This document shows positions 9,766 to 18,698 of a stretch of 37,400 nt of DNA, piece after piece. A program made the translations under genes and the position numbers. The stretch's first letter is position 1. Every line of letters begins with the position of its first letter. Origin of the DNA: a bacterium (GTDB lineage: Bacteria; JADJOY01); the NCBI GenBank assembly GCA_046331705.1, contig JAXLQJ010000069.1:1-37400 (forward strand). Reading direction: 5' to 3'. The notes under the pieces were generated by a model that had not been told where the DNA came from, searched no databases, and saw only the letters and a program-made list of their open reading frames with translations.

Positions 9766-10760
9766 GGCGCCGCCCCGCTCGCCGCCCCTTGCTCGCGTTC
9801 GGCGCGTTCCACCGAGTGGATGAACACGTCCTCGAGCGACGGCACGATGCGCTCGACGTGCGCGGGCACGTTGCCGTCCGCTTCCAGCGCGCGCCGCACG
9901 TCAGCGAGGCCGCGCTCGGCGTCCTCGACCACCACGTGCAGCCGGGTGCCGAAGGCGGAGGCCTCGAGGACGCCGGGCACGTCCTCGAGCGATGCCTGCG
10001 CATCGAGGTAGCGCGGGCAGCTCACTTCCAGCACGGCGCGCCCCACGAACACGCGCTTCAGCTCGGCGACGCTGCCCAGCGCCACCAAGCGCCCCGCGTG
10101 CATGAGCGCCACGCGATCGCAGCGCTCCGCCTCGTCCAGGTAGTGGGTGGTCACGATCACCGTGACGCCGTCGGCGGCGAGCCGGTCGATGGTGCTCCAG
10201 AATCGCCGCCGCGAGATCGGGTCCACGCCGCCCGTGGGCTCGTCGAGAAACACCACCTGCGGCTCGTGGAGCAACGAGCACGCGAGCGCCAGCCGTTGCT
10301 TCCAACCGCCGGGCAGCGAGCCCGTGACCAGGTCTTCCTTGCCGCCGAGTGTCGCCATCTCGATCGCCCAGTGCATGCGCGCGGCGAGGCGGCGATCGTC
10401 GAGGCCGTAGATTCCACCGTAGAACGAGAGGTTCTCGCGAACCGTCAGGTCTTCGTAGAGGCTGAATCGCTGGGTCATGTAGCCGATCCGCCGCTTCACC
10501 TCCTCGGGATCCGCACCCACGTCGATGCCGAGCACGCGCGCCGTGCCGCTGCTGGGACGCAAGAGCCCACACAGCATGCGGATGGCCGTCGATTTGCCGG
10601 CGCCGTTCGAGCCGAGCAACCCGAACACCTCGCCGGCGTGGACCTCGAGATCGAGGCCTTCGACCGCCACGAACGGACCGAATCGCTTGGCGAGCGCGCG
10701 CGTGATCACCGGCGGCGGCGCCCCCGCGACGACCTCGCGACCGCTGCGCGGATCGCTCAC
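9762..10760 (-). CDS. ABC transporter ATP-binding protein
   Basis: GSNGAGKS, LPGGWKQRL, VFLDEPT, TTHY; GTG start overlaps the TolC stop. Confidence 0.93.
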   Translation of the reverse strand: MSDPRSGREVVAGAPPPVITRALAKRFGPFVAVEGLDLEVHAGEVFGLLGSNGAGKSTAIRMLCGLLRPSSGTARVLGIDVGADPEEVKRRIGYMTQRFSLYEDLTVRENLSFYGGIYGLDDRRLAARMHWAIEMATLGGKEDLVTGSLPGGWKQRLALACSLLHEPQVVFLDEPTGGVDPISRRRFWSTIDRLAADGVTVIVTTHYLDEAERCDRVALMHAGRLVALGSVAELKRVFVGRAVLEVSCPRYLDAQASLEDVPGVLEASAFGTRLHVVVEDAERGLADVRRALEADGNVPAHVERIVPSLEDVFIHSVERAEREQGAASGAAP

Positions 10761-12145
10761 GGCCCTTCCGCTCCCGCACCGAGCATGCGGTCGAAGGTCG
10801 CCCGCGCCAGGTGCGCCGCGGCCACCGCGCGGGTGCGATCGAGGCCGGCGCGCATCAGCGCCACCTCGGCGTCGAGCCGCTCCGACGACGGCGCGACACC
10901 CTCGCGATAGCGATCGGCGGAGACCCGCTCGTTCTCGCTCGCCGACGCGAGCGCGCGCTCGGCGACCGGGACCGCGCTGAGCGCCGTTTCGAGGTCCGTC
11001 AGGCGCGCGGTCACGTCTTGCCGGATCCGCGCTTCGAGGTCTTCGAGCTGACGCGCGGCGGCGTCCGCCTGTGCCCGCGCTCGTGCCACGGCCGCGCGGG
11101 TGCGCCCGAAATCGAACACCGAGAGCGACACGTTCACCCCGACGTCCCAGCTCGAATCCCACGAGTCCCGCTGCGGCAGGATGCGGCGATTGGGCCGCGC
11201 CTCGTCGTAGCCGGCGGCGAACGAGGCCTGCGGCCAGTAGGCGCCCTCTTCCGCTCGCACGCGGGCGCGCGCGGCCTCCACGCGACGCACCAGCGCCACG
11301 TGCTCGGGACGCGAGGCGTACGCCTGCTCGACGAGTGCCTCGACCTCGGTCGCGACCGGGCTCGGCAACGCGGGCGGAACCTGCGGGTCGACGCGCGTCG
11401 TGGGTGCCGCGCCGATGAGGCGTGTGAGATCCGCGTTGGCGACGCGGCTGTGGTTCTGCGCGTCCAGGCGCGCGAGCGTCGCGCGGTCGCGCTCCACCTC
11501 GACCGCGAGCACGTCGCTCCTCGCGGCCATGCCCACCTGCCGTGCCGCCTCCGCGTCCGTCAGGTGGCGCTCGAACGCGGCGAGCGCGCGGTCCAGCACC
11601 GCGGTGCTCTCGCGCGCCGTGACCAGCGACCAGAAGGCCGCGGTGGTCTCGAGCGTCACGTCGGCGCGCCCGGTCCGGACGTCCTCCGCCGTGGCGGCGC
11701 TCTCGCCGCGCGCGGCTTCTTCCGCGGCACTCAGGCGTCCGCCCGTGTAGAGCGGCAGACCCACCGAGGCTCGCGCGCGGTAGTTGTCCTGGATGTTCGG
11801 GAAGATCGTCTCCGGCGACGCGCCGGGCAGCGCGAAAGCGAGCTCCGGGACGCTCGACTGGTGCGTGTAGCCCGCCGTCAGATCGACCTCCGGCCAGTGC
11901 GCGGCCTGGGCCTGCGCGAGACCGGCTTCCGCGGCGCCGTGCAACGCCGCCAACGCTCCCAAGCGCGCCGAGCTCGCCTGCGCTCGCGTCAGCGCCTCCG
12001 CCAGCGTGAGCTCGAGCGCCGGCGCGGCGGACGAGACCCGCTCCGACGCTGCCGCGCCTGCCGGCGGCGACGCCGAATCGGCGGCGAGCGCCGTCGCCGC
12101 GAACCACCCGACCGAGAGACTCGCGATCCAACCGCGTCGGTTCAT
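10757..12145 (-). CDS. TolC-family outer membrane efflux protein
   Basis: Signal peptide, two OEP repeats (PLYTGG, VFDFGRT), RYREGVA. Confidence 0.92.
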   Translation of the reverse strand: MNRRGWIASLSVGWFAATALAADSASPPAGAAASERVSSAAPALELTLAEALTRAQASSARLGALAALHGAAEAGLAQAQAAHWPEVDLTAGYTHQSSVPELAFALPGASPETIFPNIQDNYRARASVGLPLYTGGRLSAAEEAARGESAATAEDVRTGRADVTLETTAAFWSLVTARESTAVLDRALAAFERHLTDAEAARQVGMAARSDVLAVEVERDRATLARLDAQNHSRVANADLTRLIGAAPTTRVDPQVPPALPSPVATEVEALVEQAYASRPEHVALVRRVEAARARVRAEEGAYWPQASFAAGYDEARPNRRILPQRDSWDSSWDVGVNVSLSVFDFGRTRAAVARARAQADAAARQLEDLEARIRQDVTARLTDLETALSAVPVAERALASASENERVSADRYREGVAPSSERLDAEVALMRAGLDRTRAVAAAHLARATFDRMLGAGAEGP

Positions 12146-13137
12146 GCTCGTTCCTCGGCGCGCGTCGCCGGCGGCGCGCTCGACTCGGCGCTGCGCACGC
12201 GCGCGATGAAGATGTCTTCCAGCGACGGCGCCACCGCGCGCAGCGCCAGCACCTCCAGCCCCTCGGCCGCCAGCGCGACGCGGAACCGCTCGGCGAGCGC
12301 CTCCGTGGCCCCACCGTGGATCTGAACGTGCAGCCGCTCGCCGAAGGTCTCGAGGTCGCTCACCTCGGGCCGCGCTCGCAGCCAGTCCTGTGCGGCCCGC
12401 TTGGGCCGAGCCAGCACCTCGAGGAGCGCCCCGTGCTCGGCACGCGCCACGTCACGCAGGCGCGTCGGGCTCGCGATCGTGAGCACGCGCCCGCCGCTCA
12501 TGAGTGCCACGCGCTGACAGCGCTCGGCCTCGTCGAGATAGGGAGTGGTGAGCAGCAACGTGAGCCCCTCGCGCTGCAACCGGAAGAGAATGCGCCAGAA
12601 GTCGCGGCGCGACACCGGGTCCACGCCGGTGGTGGGCTCGTCGAGGATCAAGAGCTCGGGGCTGTGGATCAGGGTGCAGGCGAGCGCGAGCTTCTGCTTC
12701 ATGCCGCCCGAGAGGCGGTCGGCGAGACGGGTGCGGAAGCGCGCCATCTTGAGCAGCTCGAGCAGCTCGTCGCGGCGCGGCTTCCAGCGTCGAACGTCGT
12801 GGACCTCGGCGAAGAACGCGACGTTCTCGTCGACGGTGAGATCGCCGTAGAGCGAGAAGCGCTGCGCCAGATAGCCCACGCGCCCAGCGAGCGCCCGGGC
12901 CTCCCGGATCGGGTGCAGTCCGCACGCGCGCACCTCGCCGGCGTCGGGCACGAGCAGCCCGAGGATGGTGCGCAGCGTGGTGCTCTTGCCCGCGCCATCG
13001 GGGCCGATGAGGCCGAACATCTCGCCCTTGGCGACGGTGAAGCTCGCGCCGTCGACGGCGGTCACCGTGCCGAAGCGACGCACGAGGTCACGGACCTCGA
13101 CGAGCGCCGGCGCCGTGGGCTCGTTCGACTCGTTCAT
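12142..13137 (-). CDS. ABC transporter ATP-binding protein
   Basis: GPDGAGKS, LSGGMKQKL, LILDEPT. Confidence 0.94.
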   Translation of the reverse strand: MNESNEPTAPALVEVRDLVRRFGTVTAVDGASFTVAKGEMFGLIGPDGAGKSTTLRTILGLLVPDAGEVRACGLHPIREARALAGRVGYLAQRFSLYGDLTVDENVAFFAEVHDVRRWKPRRDELLELLKMARFRTRLADRLSGGMKQKLALACTLIHSPELLILDEPTTGVDPVSRRDFWRILFRLQREGLTLLLTTPYLDEAERCQRVALMSGGRVLTIASPTRLRDVARAEHGALLEVLARPKRAAQDWLRARPEVSDLETFGERLHVQIHGGATEALAERFRVALAAEGLEVLALRAVAPSLEDIFIARVRSAESSAPPATRAEERA

Positions 13138-13186
13138 GTCCGACGATGGAGCGTGGATCGGGCGCTGGCGCGGATCCCGCCGCGGC

Positions 13187-14167
13187 TCAGCTCGCGCGCC
13201 CGGGGCGCGTGAGCAGCGCCTCGGCGGGCATCCCCGGCTTGAAGAGGCCGTCGTCGTTGGCGAGGGTGATCTTGACCTTGAACACCAGCTTCACGCGCTC
13301 GTCGCGGGTCTGGACGTTCTTGGGCGTGAACTCGGCCTGTGACGCCACGAAGGTGACGCGGCCGCGACGCTCCGCGCCGCCGTCGGTGCGCACCAGCGAC
13401 TCCTGGCCCACCTGGATCCAGTCGAGGTCCGGCTCGGGGACGTAGACCGAGAGCCACGCGTTGCGCACGTCGGTGAGCACGGCGATCGGCGCGCCTGGCG
13501 AGACCTGCTCGCCGGCCTCGGCGACCTTCTCCGTGACGAGGCCCGCGAGCGGGCTCGTCACCACGGTGTCGGCGAGCTGCTGCTCGAGCTGCGCCACGCG
13601 CGCCTCGGCACCGGCGAGCCGCGCGCGTGCACCATCGAGCTCCTGGCTACGGGCGCCGGCCTCGAGCCGGCGCAGCCGCTCGCGTGCCGAATCGACTCGT
13701 CCGGCGGCCACGTCCCTGCGCGCCTGGGCGTCGTCGCGGGCCTTGGTGGTGGCGGAGCCGCGCGCCAGCAGCTCGCGCGCCCGGGCCAGGTCCTTCTCGG
13801 CGGAAGTCAGATCGGCCTGTGCGGTCGCCACGCCGGCGCGCGCCTCCGCGATCTCCTCGACGCGCGCTCCCGCGAGGAGCAGCCGATGCTGCGCGTCCGC
13901 CTGGTCGCGCTCGGCCCGCGCCACGCGCAACGCCAGCTCGACGTCCACGGGATCGATGCGCGCGATCTCCGCGCCCGCGTCGACCACGTCGCCCTCGTGC
14001 ACCCGCACCACCGCGAGGCGACCCGCCACCTTGCTCGACACCCGCACCTCGGTGGCCTCGACGTGCCCGCTCGCGCGCAGCTCGCCCTCGGCGGCCTTGC
14101 CTGTGCAACCGCCGACCAGCGCCGCGAGCAGCAATGCACTCGCCCATCGCCTCGTCCCTCGCCTCAT
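13187..14167 (-). CDS. HlyD/YbhG-like membrane fusion protein
   Basis: SGHVEATEV, biotinyl-lipoyl-like halves flanking a coiled coil, AEFTPKNVQT, FKPGMP; lipobox-like LVGGC. Confidence 0.93.
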   Translation of the reverse strand: MRRGTRRWASALLLAALVGGCTGKAAEGELRASGHVEATEVRVSSKVAGRLAVVRVHEGDVVDAGAEIARIDPVDVELALRVARAERDQADAQHRLLLAGARVEEIAEARAGVATAQADLTSAEKDLARARELLARGSATTKARDDAQARRDVAAGRVDSARERLRRLEAGARSQELDGARARLAGAEARVAQLEQQLADTVVTSPLAGLVTEKVAEAGEQVSPGAPIAVLTDVRNAWLSVYVPEPDLDWIQVGQESLVRTDGGAERRGRVTFVASQAEFTPKNVQTRDERVKLVFKVKITLANDDGLFKPGMPAEALLTRPGRAS

Positions 14168-14841
14168 GGTCGCCTTCCCGTCCGCCGCGTGGTGCCGCGC
14201 GGCCGCTTCCGGGATCGATTCTCGATCCCCTCGATCAGCAATCCCTCGAGATGCCGCGCGAACTCCGCCACCGACGGCGCCTTGGCGCGCGGCACCTGAC
14301 CACTCGCGACCACCCGCGCGCGAAAGCGCGTGGTCGCGGCGAAGAAGTTGAGCGCGCCCACCATCGCGAGGTGCGTGAGGAACGGGTCGACGGCGCGAAA
14401 CTCCCCCACACGCACCCCCTCCTCCACGATCCCGTGCACGGTCGCCAGCAGCTCGTGCAGGTATCCGATCCCGTGGCGCTCGAGCCGCTCGCCGCCGTCG
14501 ATCAGCTCGCGCACGATCATGGTCGGCAAGAGCGGCCGCGACGCGACCACCTCGCCGAAGATGCGAATCCACTCGCGCAGGCGATCCGCCGCCGGTCCAG
14601 GCGCCGCGCGCAGCACGTCGGTGCGCTCGCGCAGCAAGGCGAAGCTCTCGTCGAGGATGGCGGCATAGAGCCGCTCCTTGCCGCCGAAGTGGTAGCTCAC
14701 CATCGCCTTGTTGACGCGCGCCGCGGCCACGATCGCCTCGACGGTGGCGCCGTCGAAACCATGCTCCGCGAAGAGCCGCGCCCCGGCGTCGAGGAGGGCC
14801 TGGCGCGTCGCTTCGGAGCCGCGGGGACGAGGTGCCTTCAT
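14164..14841 (-). CDS. TetR/AcrR-family transcriptional regulator (CecR/YbiH-like position)
   Basis: ARLFAEHGFDGATVEAIVAAARVNKAMVSYHFGGKERLY helix-turn-helix; first gene of the efflux operon. Confidence 0.93.
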   Translation of the reverse strand: MKAPRPRGSEATRQALLDAGARLFAEHGFDGATVEAIVAAARVNKAMVSYHFGGKERLYAAILDESFALLRERTDVLRAAPGPAADRLREWIRIFGEVVASRPLLPTMIVRELIDGGERLERHGIGYLHELLATVHGIVEEGVRVGEFRAVDPFLTHLAMVGALNFFAATTRFRARVVASGQVPRAKAPSVAEFARHLEGLLIEGIENRSRKRPRGTTRRTGRRP

Positions 14842-14851
14842 CGCAAGGGAC

Positions 14852-14906
14852 CAAACGAGTGGTTCAACTAACCGGTTGTTTAACTCTCGTTCCAGGTCTG
14901 CGTCAA
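14852..14906 (-). promoter_or_regulatory. sigma70 promoter with tandem putative TetR operators
   Basis: Minus strand TTGACG (14906-14901), 17 bp, TTAAAC; two related imperfect inverted repeats CAAACGAGTGGTTCAA and CTAACCGGTTGTTTAA lie over and just downstream of the -10. Confidence 0.6.
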
Positions 14907-15025
14907 GCGCCGACTCACGCGATCGGCGCGGATCGCGCTGCGAGGCACCTCGCGTGTCGCCGCTCCCGCCGGGGCCCGGCGCGGGCCATTGCAGCGAGGC
15001 GACGAAACGCCCACCCTTGCTGGCC

Positions 15026-16057
15026 ATGATCACCACCCACGAGCCCGAGCTCACCGGCCCCGTCGACCTCTGCACCACCGCAGGCACGCTCGCGCCCCCG
15101 GCGCGCGGGTGGTCGCGCAAGCCCCTGCACCGGTGCAACCTCCGCGGACCGTGGGGGCGGCGCAAGCGCTGGGACTACTGGGCCGTCACCAATCGCGACG
15201 GCGACGTGCTCTCGATCACCTACGCGGACCTCGACTACCTGGGCCTCGTGACCGTCGCATTCCTCGACCTCGGCGCGCGCCGCTGGATCGAGCACGGCCT
15301 CGCGATCCCGCTGGCGCTCGGCTTTCGCCAACCCGATACCGTCGCCGGCGGCGACATCCACGTCGCGCTGCCCTCGCTCTTCCTGGCGATTCGCGAGCAG
15401 CCCGAAGGCACCCGACTCGAGGCGCGCTTTCGCAACCTACGCGGGCATCGCCTGGAGGCCGACGTGCTGGTCGCCCACCCGCCTGGCCACGAGACGCTGA
15501 GCGTGGTGATTCCGTGGAGCGCCGAGCGCTTCCAGTTCACGTCCAAGCACAACACCCGGCCGGCGCGCGGCACCGTGCGACTCGACGGCGTCGCTCACGA
15601 GTTCGGCGAGGCGAACGAGGGCTACGGCTGCCTCGACTACGGCCGCGGGCTCTGGCCGTACCGCACCACCTGGAACTGGGCCTCGGCCTCGGGGCACGCG
15701 GACGGGCGGGTGGTCGGGCTGCAATTCGGCGGCAAATGGACCGATGGCACCGGCTTCACCGAGAACGCGCTGGCGATCGACGGGCGCCTCACCAAGATCG
15801 GCGAGGAGCTGGCGTTCGAGTACGACACGCGCGACTACACCCGTCCCTGGACGATCCGGGCGCGGCACTCGGGGCTCGTCGATCTCTGCTTCACCCCGGC
15901 GTTCGAGAAGCGCCTCGACGTCCAGCTCGGCTTCGGCGCCGCCCATGCGCACATCTGCTTCGGGCACTTCTCGGGCAGCGTGCGCACCGAGCGCGACGAG
16001 ACCATCCGGATCGAGCGGCTCTTCGGCTGGGCCGAAGAGATGCGCGCCCGCTGGTGA
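15026..16057 (+). CDS. DUF2804 family protein
   Basis: RKRWDYW, HETLSVVIPWS..FQFTSK, LDYGRGLWPY.T.WNWAS, GFTEN, GWAEE motifs. Confidence 0.8.
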   Translation: MITTHEPELTGPVDLCTTAGTLAPPARGWSRKPLHRCNLRGPWGRRKRWDYWAVTNRDGDVLSITYADLDYLGLVTVAFLDLGARRWIEHGLAIPLALGFRQPDTVAGGDIHVALPSLFLAIREQPEGTRLEARFRNLRGHRLEADVLVAHPPGHETLSVVIPWSAERFQFTSKHNTRPARGTVRLDGVAHEFGEANEGYGCLDYGRGLWPYRTTWNWASASGHADGRVVGLQFGGKWTDGTGFTENALAIDGRLTKIGEELAFEYDTRDYTRPWTIRARHSGLVDLCFTPAFEKRLDVQLGFGAAHAHICFGHFSGSVRTERDETIRIERLFGWAEEMRARW

Positions 16058-16106
16058 GCGCGCCCGCCGACGACCGCGGAACCGAGGACCCGGCGCCGGC
16101 GCGCGC

Positions 16107-17639
16107 TCAGCGGCGTGCGCGGGCCTCGGGCGGCGGGTTGTCGCAGTCGACGATCTCCCGCGGGCCGTGGGTGAGATCGGTGTCCTGGGTGAGACCGGCG
16201 AAGTTCAGGTTCGCCCAATCGTCCCAATCCTTGAGCACGTTCATCACGCCCAAGCACGTGATGAATTGCGTGGTATCGCCGGAGTTGAGATCGAGGGCCA
16301 CGCCCGACTCGATGGTGGCGTTGCCGTTCCAGTCCCACGCGGGCGCGCCACAGGTGCCGAGGTTCTCGTCGAGGTCGTTCTCGTCGAGGTCGATTCGATC
16401 GCCGATCGAGTAGCTCAGGAGTCCGTTGCCCGGCGGCGTGCAGTTCGTGTCGATGCCATCGAACTGGTAGAGGTAGTTCATCACCGAGTTGTAGTTGGGC
16501 TTGTAGTTGCAGTCCTGGAAGCCGCCGTGGTGGAGGCCCAGGTTGTGACCGAGCTCGTGCATGATGGTGTTCGCCACGTTGGACGTGCTGCCGTAGCAGT
16601 AGAGCGAAACGATGAGGTCGTTGCCCGGCAGCTCGGCCTGACCGGAGCTGCCGCTCGAGGTGCCGTAGCGATGCGGCATCAGCACGTAGTGGAAATAGTC
16701 CTGACGATTGGCCGCGAAGTTGGCTGCCTTGATCGCCTGGAAGGTCGGCGCGTTGACGCCGCCGTCGATGACGCCATCGGCGTCGGCGACGAAATTCCCG
16801 CCGCTCAGCAGGCCGCCCTGCCCGAAGTCCTGGATCAGCGTGACGCCGGTGGTTCCGTCGGGATTCGAGACCGGGCTCGCCGCGAACGCCTGCGCCACGC
16901 GGTCGGCGATCGCCTGCGTGGGACGGTGGCTGTGGGGACCGCAGACGGCGGGCTCCGCGTTGTCGTCGAACCAGTCGTATTCGAGGAGGATGTTCTTGTG
17001 CACCGGGCTCACGCCGAGCCCCGGCAGGTCGAGACCGCCTGCGGTGCCGAGCACCTCGTCTCCGTCCAGGAGGCCGTCGCCGTCGGTGTCCGCGTCGAAG
17101 GGATCCGTGCCGGTATCGGTCGGGCTCACGTAGATGCCCGTGTTGGTCTCGGCGCAATCGTTCAGCCGGTCGCCGTCGGTGTCCGTGTCGCACGCCGTGA
17201 CTCGGCCGACCACGACGGCGCTCGGGTTGAGCTTGGGATCACTCACGCGGATGGAGGTCACCAGCCCCGCGCTGTTCGTCACCGAGGTGCCCGAGACGTT
17301 GATCGTGGCGGGCGCACCCGCGAGGCATCCCGGCGGGCTCGTGACGAGGGTGCAGCCGGTGGCGCTGAAGCTGCCGAAGGTCGTGTTCACCAGCGCGGCG
17401 CAACCGCTCACGTGCGCTTCGCAGGCCGGCGATGCGATCGAGATGCCGTAGTGGTCGATGGTGAGGTTGGGCTCGGTGCCGCTCAGCGTGAGGTCGGTCA
17501 CCGGCGAGCCGCCGGCAGCGGTGTAGCGATACGAGCCGGCCCAATCGAGCGTTCCACAGGCGAGGCCCGCTGCGAGCACGAGCAACCACCAGCGCGACGA
17601 ACGGCGGGGACGATTCACGACCGAGAACGCGAGACGCAC
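16107..17639 (-). CDS. secreted metzincin-type zinc metalloprotease with Ca-binding (thrombospondin type 3-like) repeats
   Basis: GGAGG RBS 6 nt before GTG; signal-peptide-like N-terminus; DTDGDRLND and DTDGDGLLD; HELGHNLGLHH with SVMNY Met-turn. Confidence 0.8.
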   Translation of the reverse strand: MRLAFSVVNRPRRSSRWWLLVLAAGLACGTLDWAGSYRYTAAGGSPVTDLTLSGTEPNLTIDHYGISIASPACEAHVSGCAALVNTTFGSFSATGCTLVTSPPGCLAGAPATINVSGTSVTNSAGLVTSIRVSDPKLNPSAVVVGRVTACDTDTDGDRLNDCAETNTGIYVSPTDTGTDPFDADTDGDGLLDGDEVLGTAGGLDLPGLGVSPVHKNILLEYDWFDDNAEPAVCGPHSHRPTQAIADRVAQAFAASPVSNPDGTTGVTLIQDFGQGGLLSGGNFVADADGVIDGGVNAPTFQAIKAANFAANRQDYFHYVLMPHRYGTSSGSSGQAELPGNDLIVSLYCYGSTSNVANTIMHELGHNLGLHHGGFQDCNYKPNYNSVMNYLYQFDGIDTNCTPPGNGLLSYSIGDRIDLDENDLDENLGTCGAPAWDWNGNATIESGVALDLNSGDTTQFITCLGVMNVLKDWDDWANLNFAGLTQDTDLTHGPREIVDCDNPPPEARARR

Positions 17640-17731
17640 GATGAGCCTCCGGGAAGGAGCGGGTCTGTCTCTCCAGGCTCTCATACCGGGCGAGGCTGGA
17701 TCAAAGCACCCGCCTGCACGGCTCCGCGCGT

Positions 17732-17758
17732 GAACCTTTCGGCCGCCCGGCGCGCTAC
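17732..17758 (+). promoter_or_regulatory. putative ECF sigma factor promoter
   Basis: GAACC, 17 bp, GCTAC, about 50 bp upstream of the ATG at 17809, which has a GAGGAGG RBS. Confidence 0.4.
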
Positions 17759-17808
17759 CGCATGCGACCGTTCGACGAATCGCGAGCCCCCGCTCGAGGA
17801 GGATCTCC

Positions 17809-18684
17809 ATGACGGCACCGCGCGGACCCCGCCCTGTCGACGTCCGGTCGCTGCTCGCGTGCGCGCGGCGCGCCGATCCGCGTTGGTTCCAGATCGCGGT
17901 GCTCGCGTCCCTGGTGACGTATGGGCTGACGGTGCTGCGCTTCGACCTGCCGCCCGCCCAGGTGGCGATCACCGTCGGCGCGGCGCTCGCCTCCCAGGTC
18001 GTGCTCAGCAGCGCCGTGCGGGTGCCCCGCCTCGAGCTCAAGAGCGCCTTGATCTCGAGCCTGTCGCTTTGCCTGCTGCTGCGAACCTCCGCGCCCGCGC
18101 TCGCGGGAGTGGCCAGCATCGTCGCGATCGCCAGCAAGTTCGCGATTCGCGTGGGCGACAAGCACGTCTTCAACCCCACCAACCTGGCGCTCGCCGTGAT
18201 GCTGGCAGCGAGCGACCGGGTGTGGATCTCGTCGGGGCAATGGGGGAACACGGCGATCTTCGCCGCCGCGCTGGCGCTCGCCGGCCTGCTGGTGGTGCAG
18301 CGATCGGCGCGCTCGGACGTGACCGTGGCATTCCTCGCGACCTACGTGGCGCTGGTGTTCGGGCGCTCCGCGTGGCTCGGAGAGCCGATGGCGATCCCGC
18401 TTCATCGCCTGGAGAGCGGGGCGCTGGTGCTGTTCGCGTTCTTCATGATCTCCGACCCGCGCACCACTCCCGACGCGCGGCTGGGCCGGATCGGCTTCGC
18501 GGCGCTGGTGGCCGCCGGCGCCTGGTACGTGCAGTTTCGGCTGTTTCGAACCAACGGACTGGTGTGGTCGTTGGTCGCTTGCTCCACTCTCACCCCGCTC
18601 GTGGATCGGCTGCTCCGGGGGCCGCGCTACCAGTGGGATCGTCCCGTCACACGAGTCTCGGCACCGGCGCTCGCCGCCGCGTGA
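17809..18684 (+). CDS. RnfD/NqrB-family (UnbU-like) integral membrane protein
   Basis: Multi-TM; IAIASKF..KHVFNPTN and FFMISDPRTTP motifs; strong RBS. Confidence 0.8.
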   Translation: MTAPRGPRPVDVRSLLACARRADPRWFQIAVLASLVTYGLTVLRFDLPPAQVAITVGAALASQVVLSSAVRVPRLELKSALISSLSLCLLLRTSAPALAGVASIVAIASKFAIRVGDKHVFNPTNLALAVMLAASDRVWISSGQWGNTAIFAAALALAGLLVVQRSARSDVTVAFLATYVALVFGRSAWLGEPMAIPLHRLESGALVLFAFFMISDPRTTPDARLGRIGFAALVAAGAWYVQFRLFRTNGLVWSLVACSTLTPLVDRLLRGPRYQWDRPVTRVSAPALAAA

Positions 18685-18698
18685 AAGGAAGAACGACC

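Noticed and set aside
17809-18684. A complete Rnf or Na+-NQR complex
   Set aside because: No other subunit in the window and the FMN-Thr loop is missing, so no rnfD or nqrB symbol was assigned.
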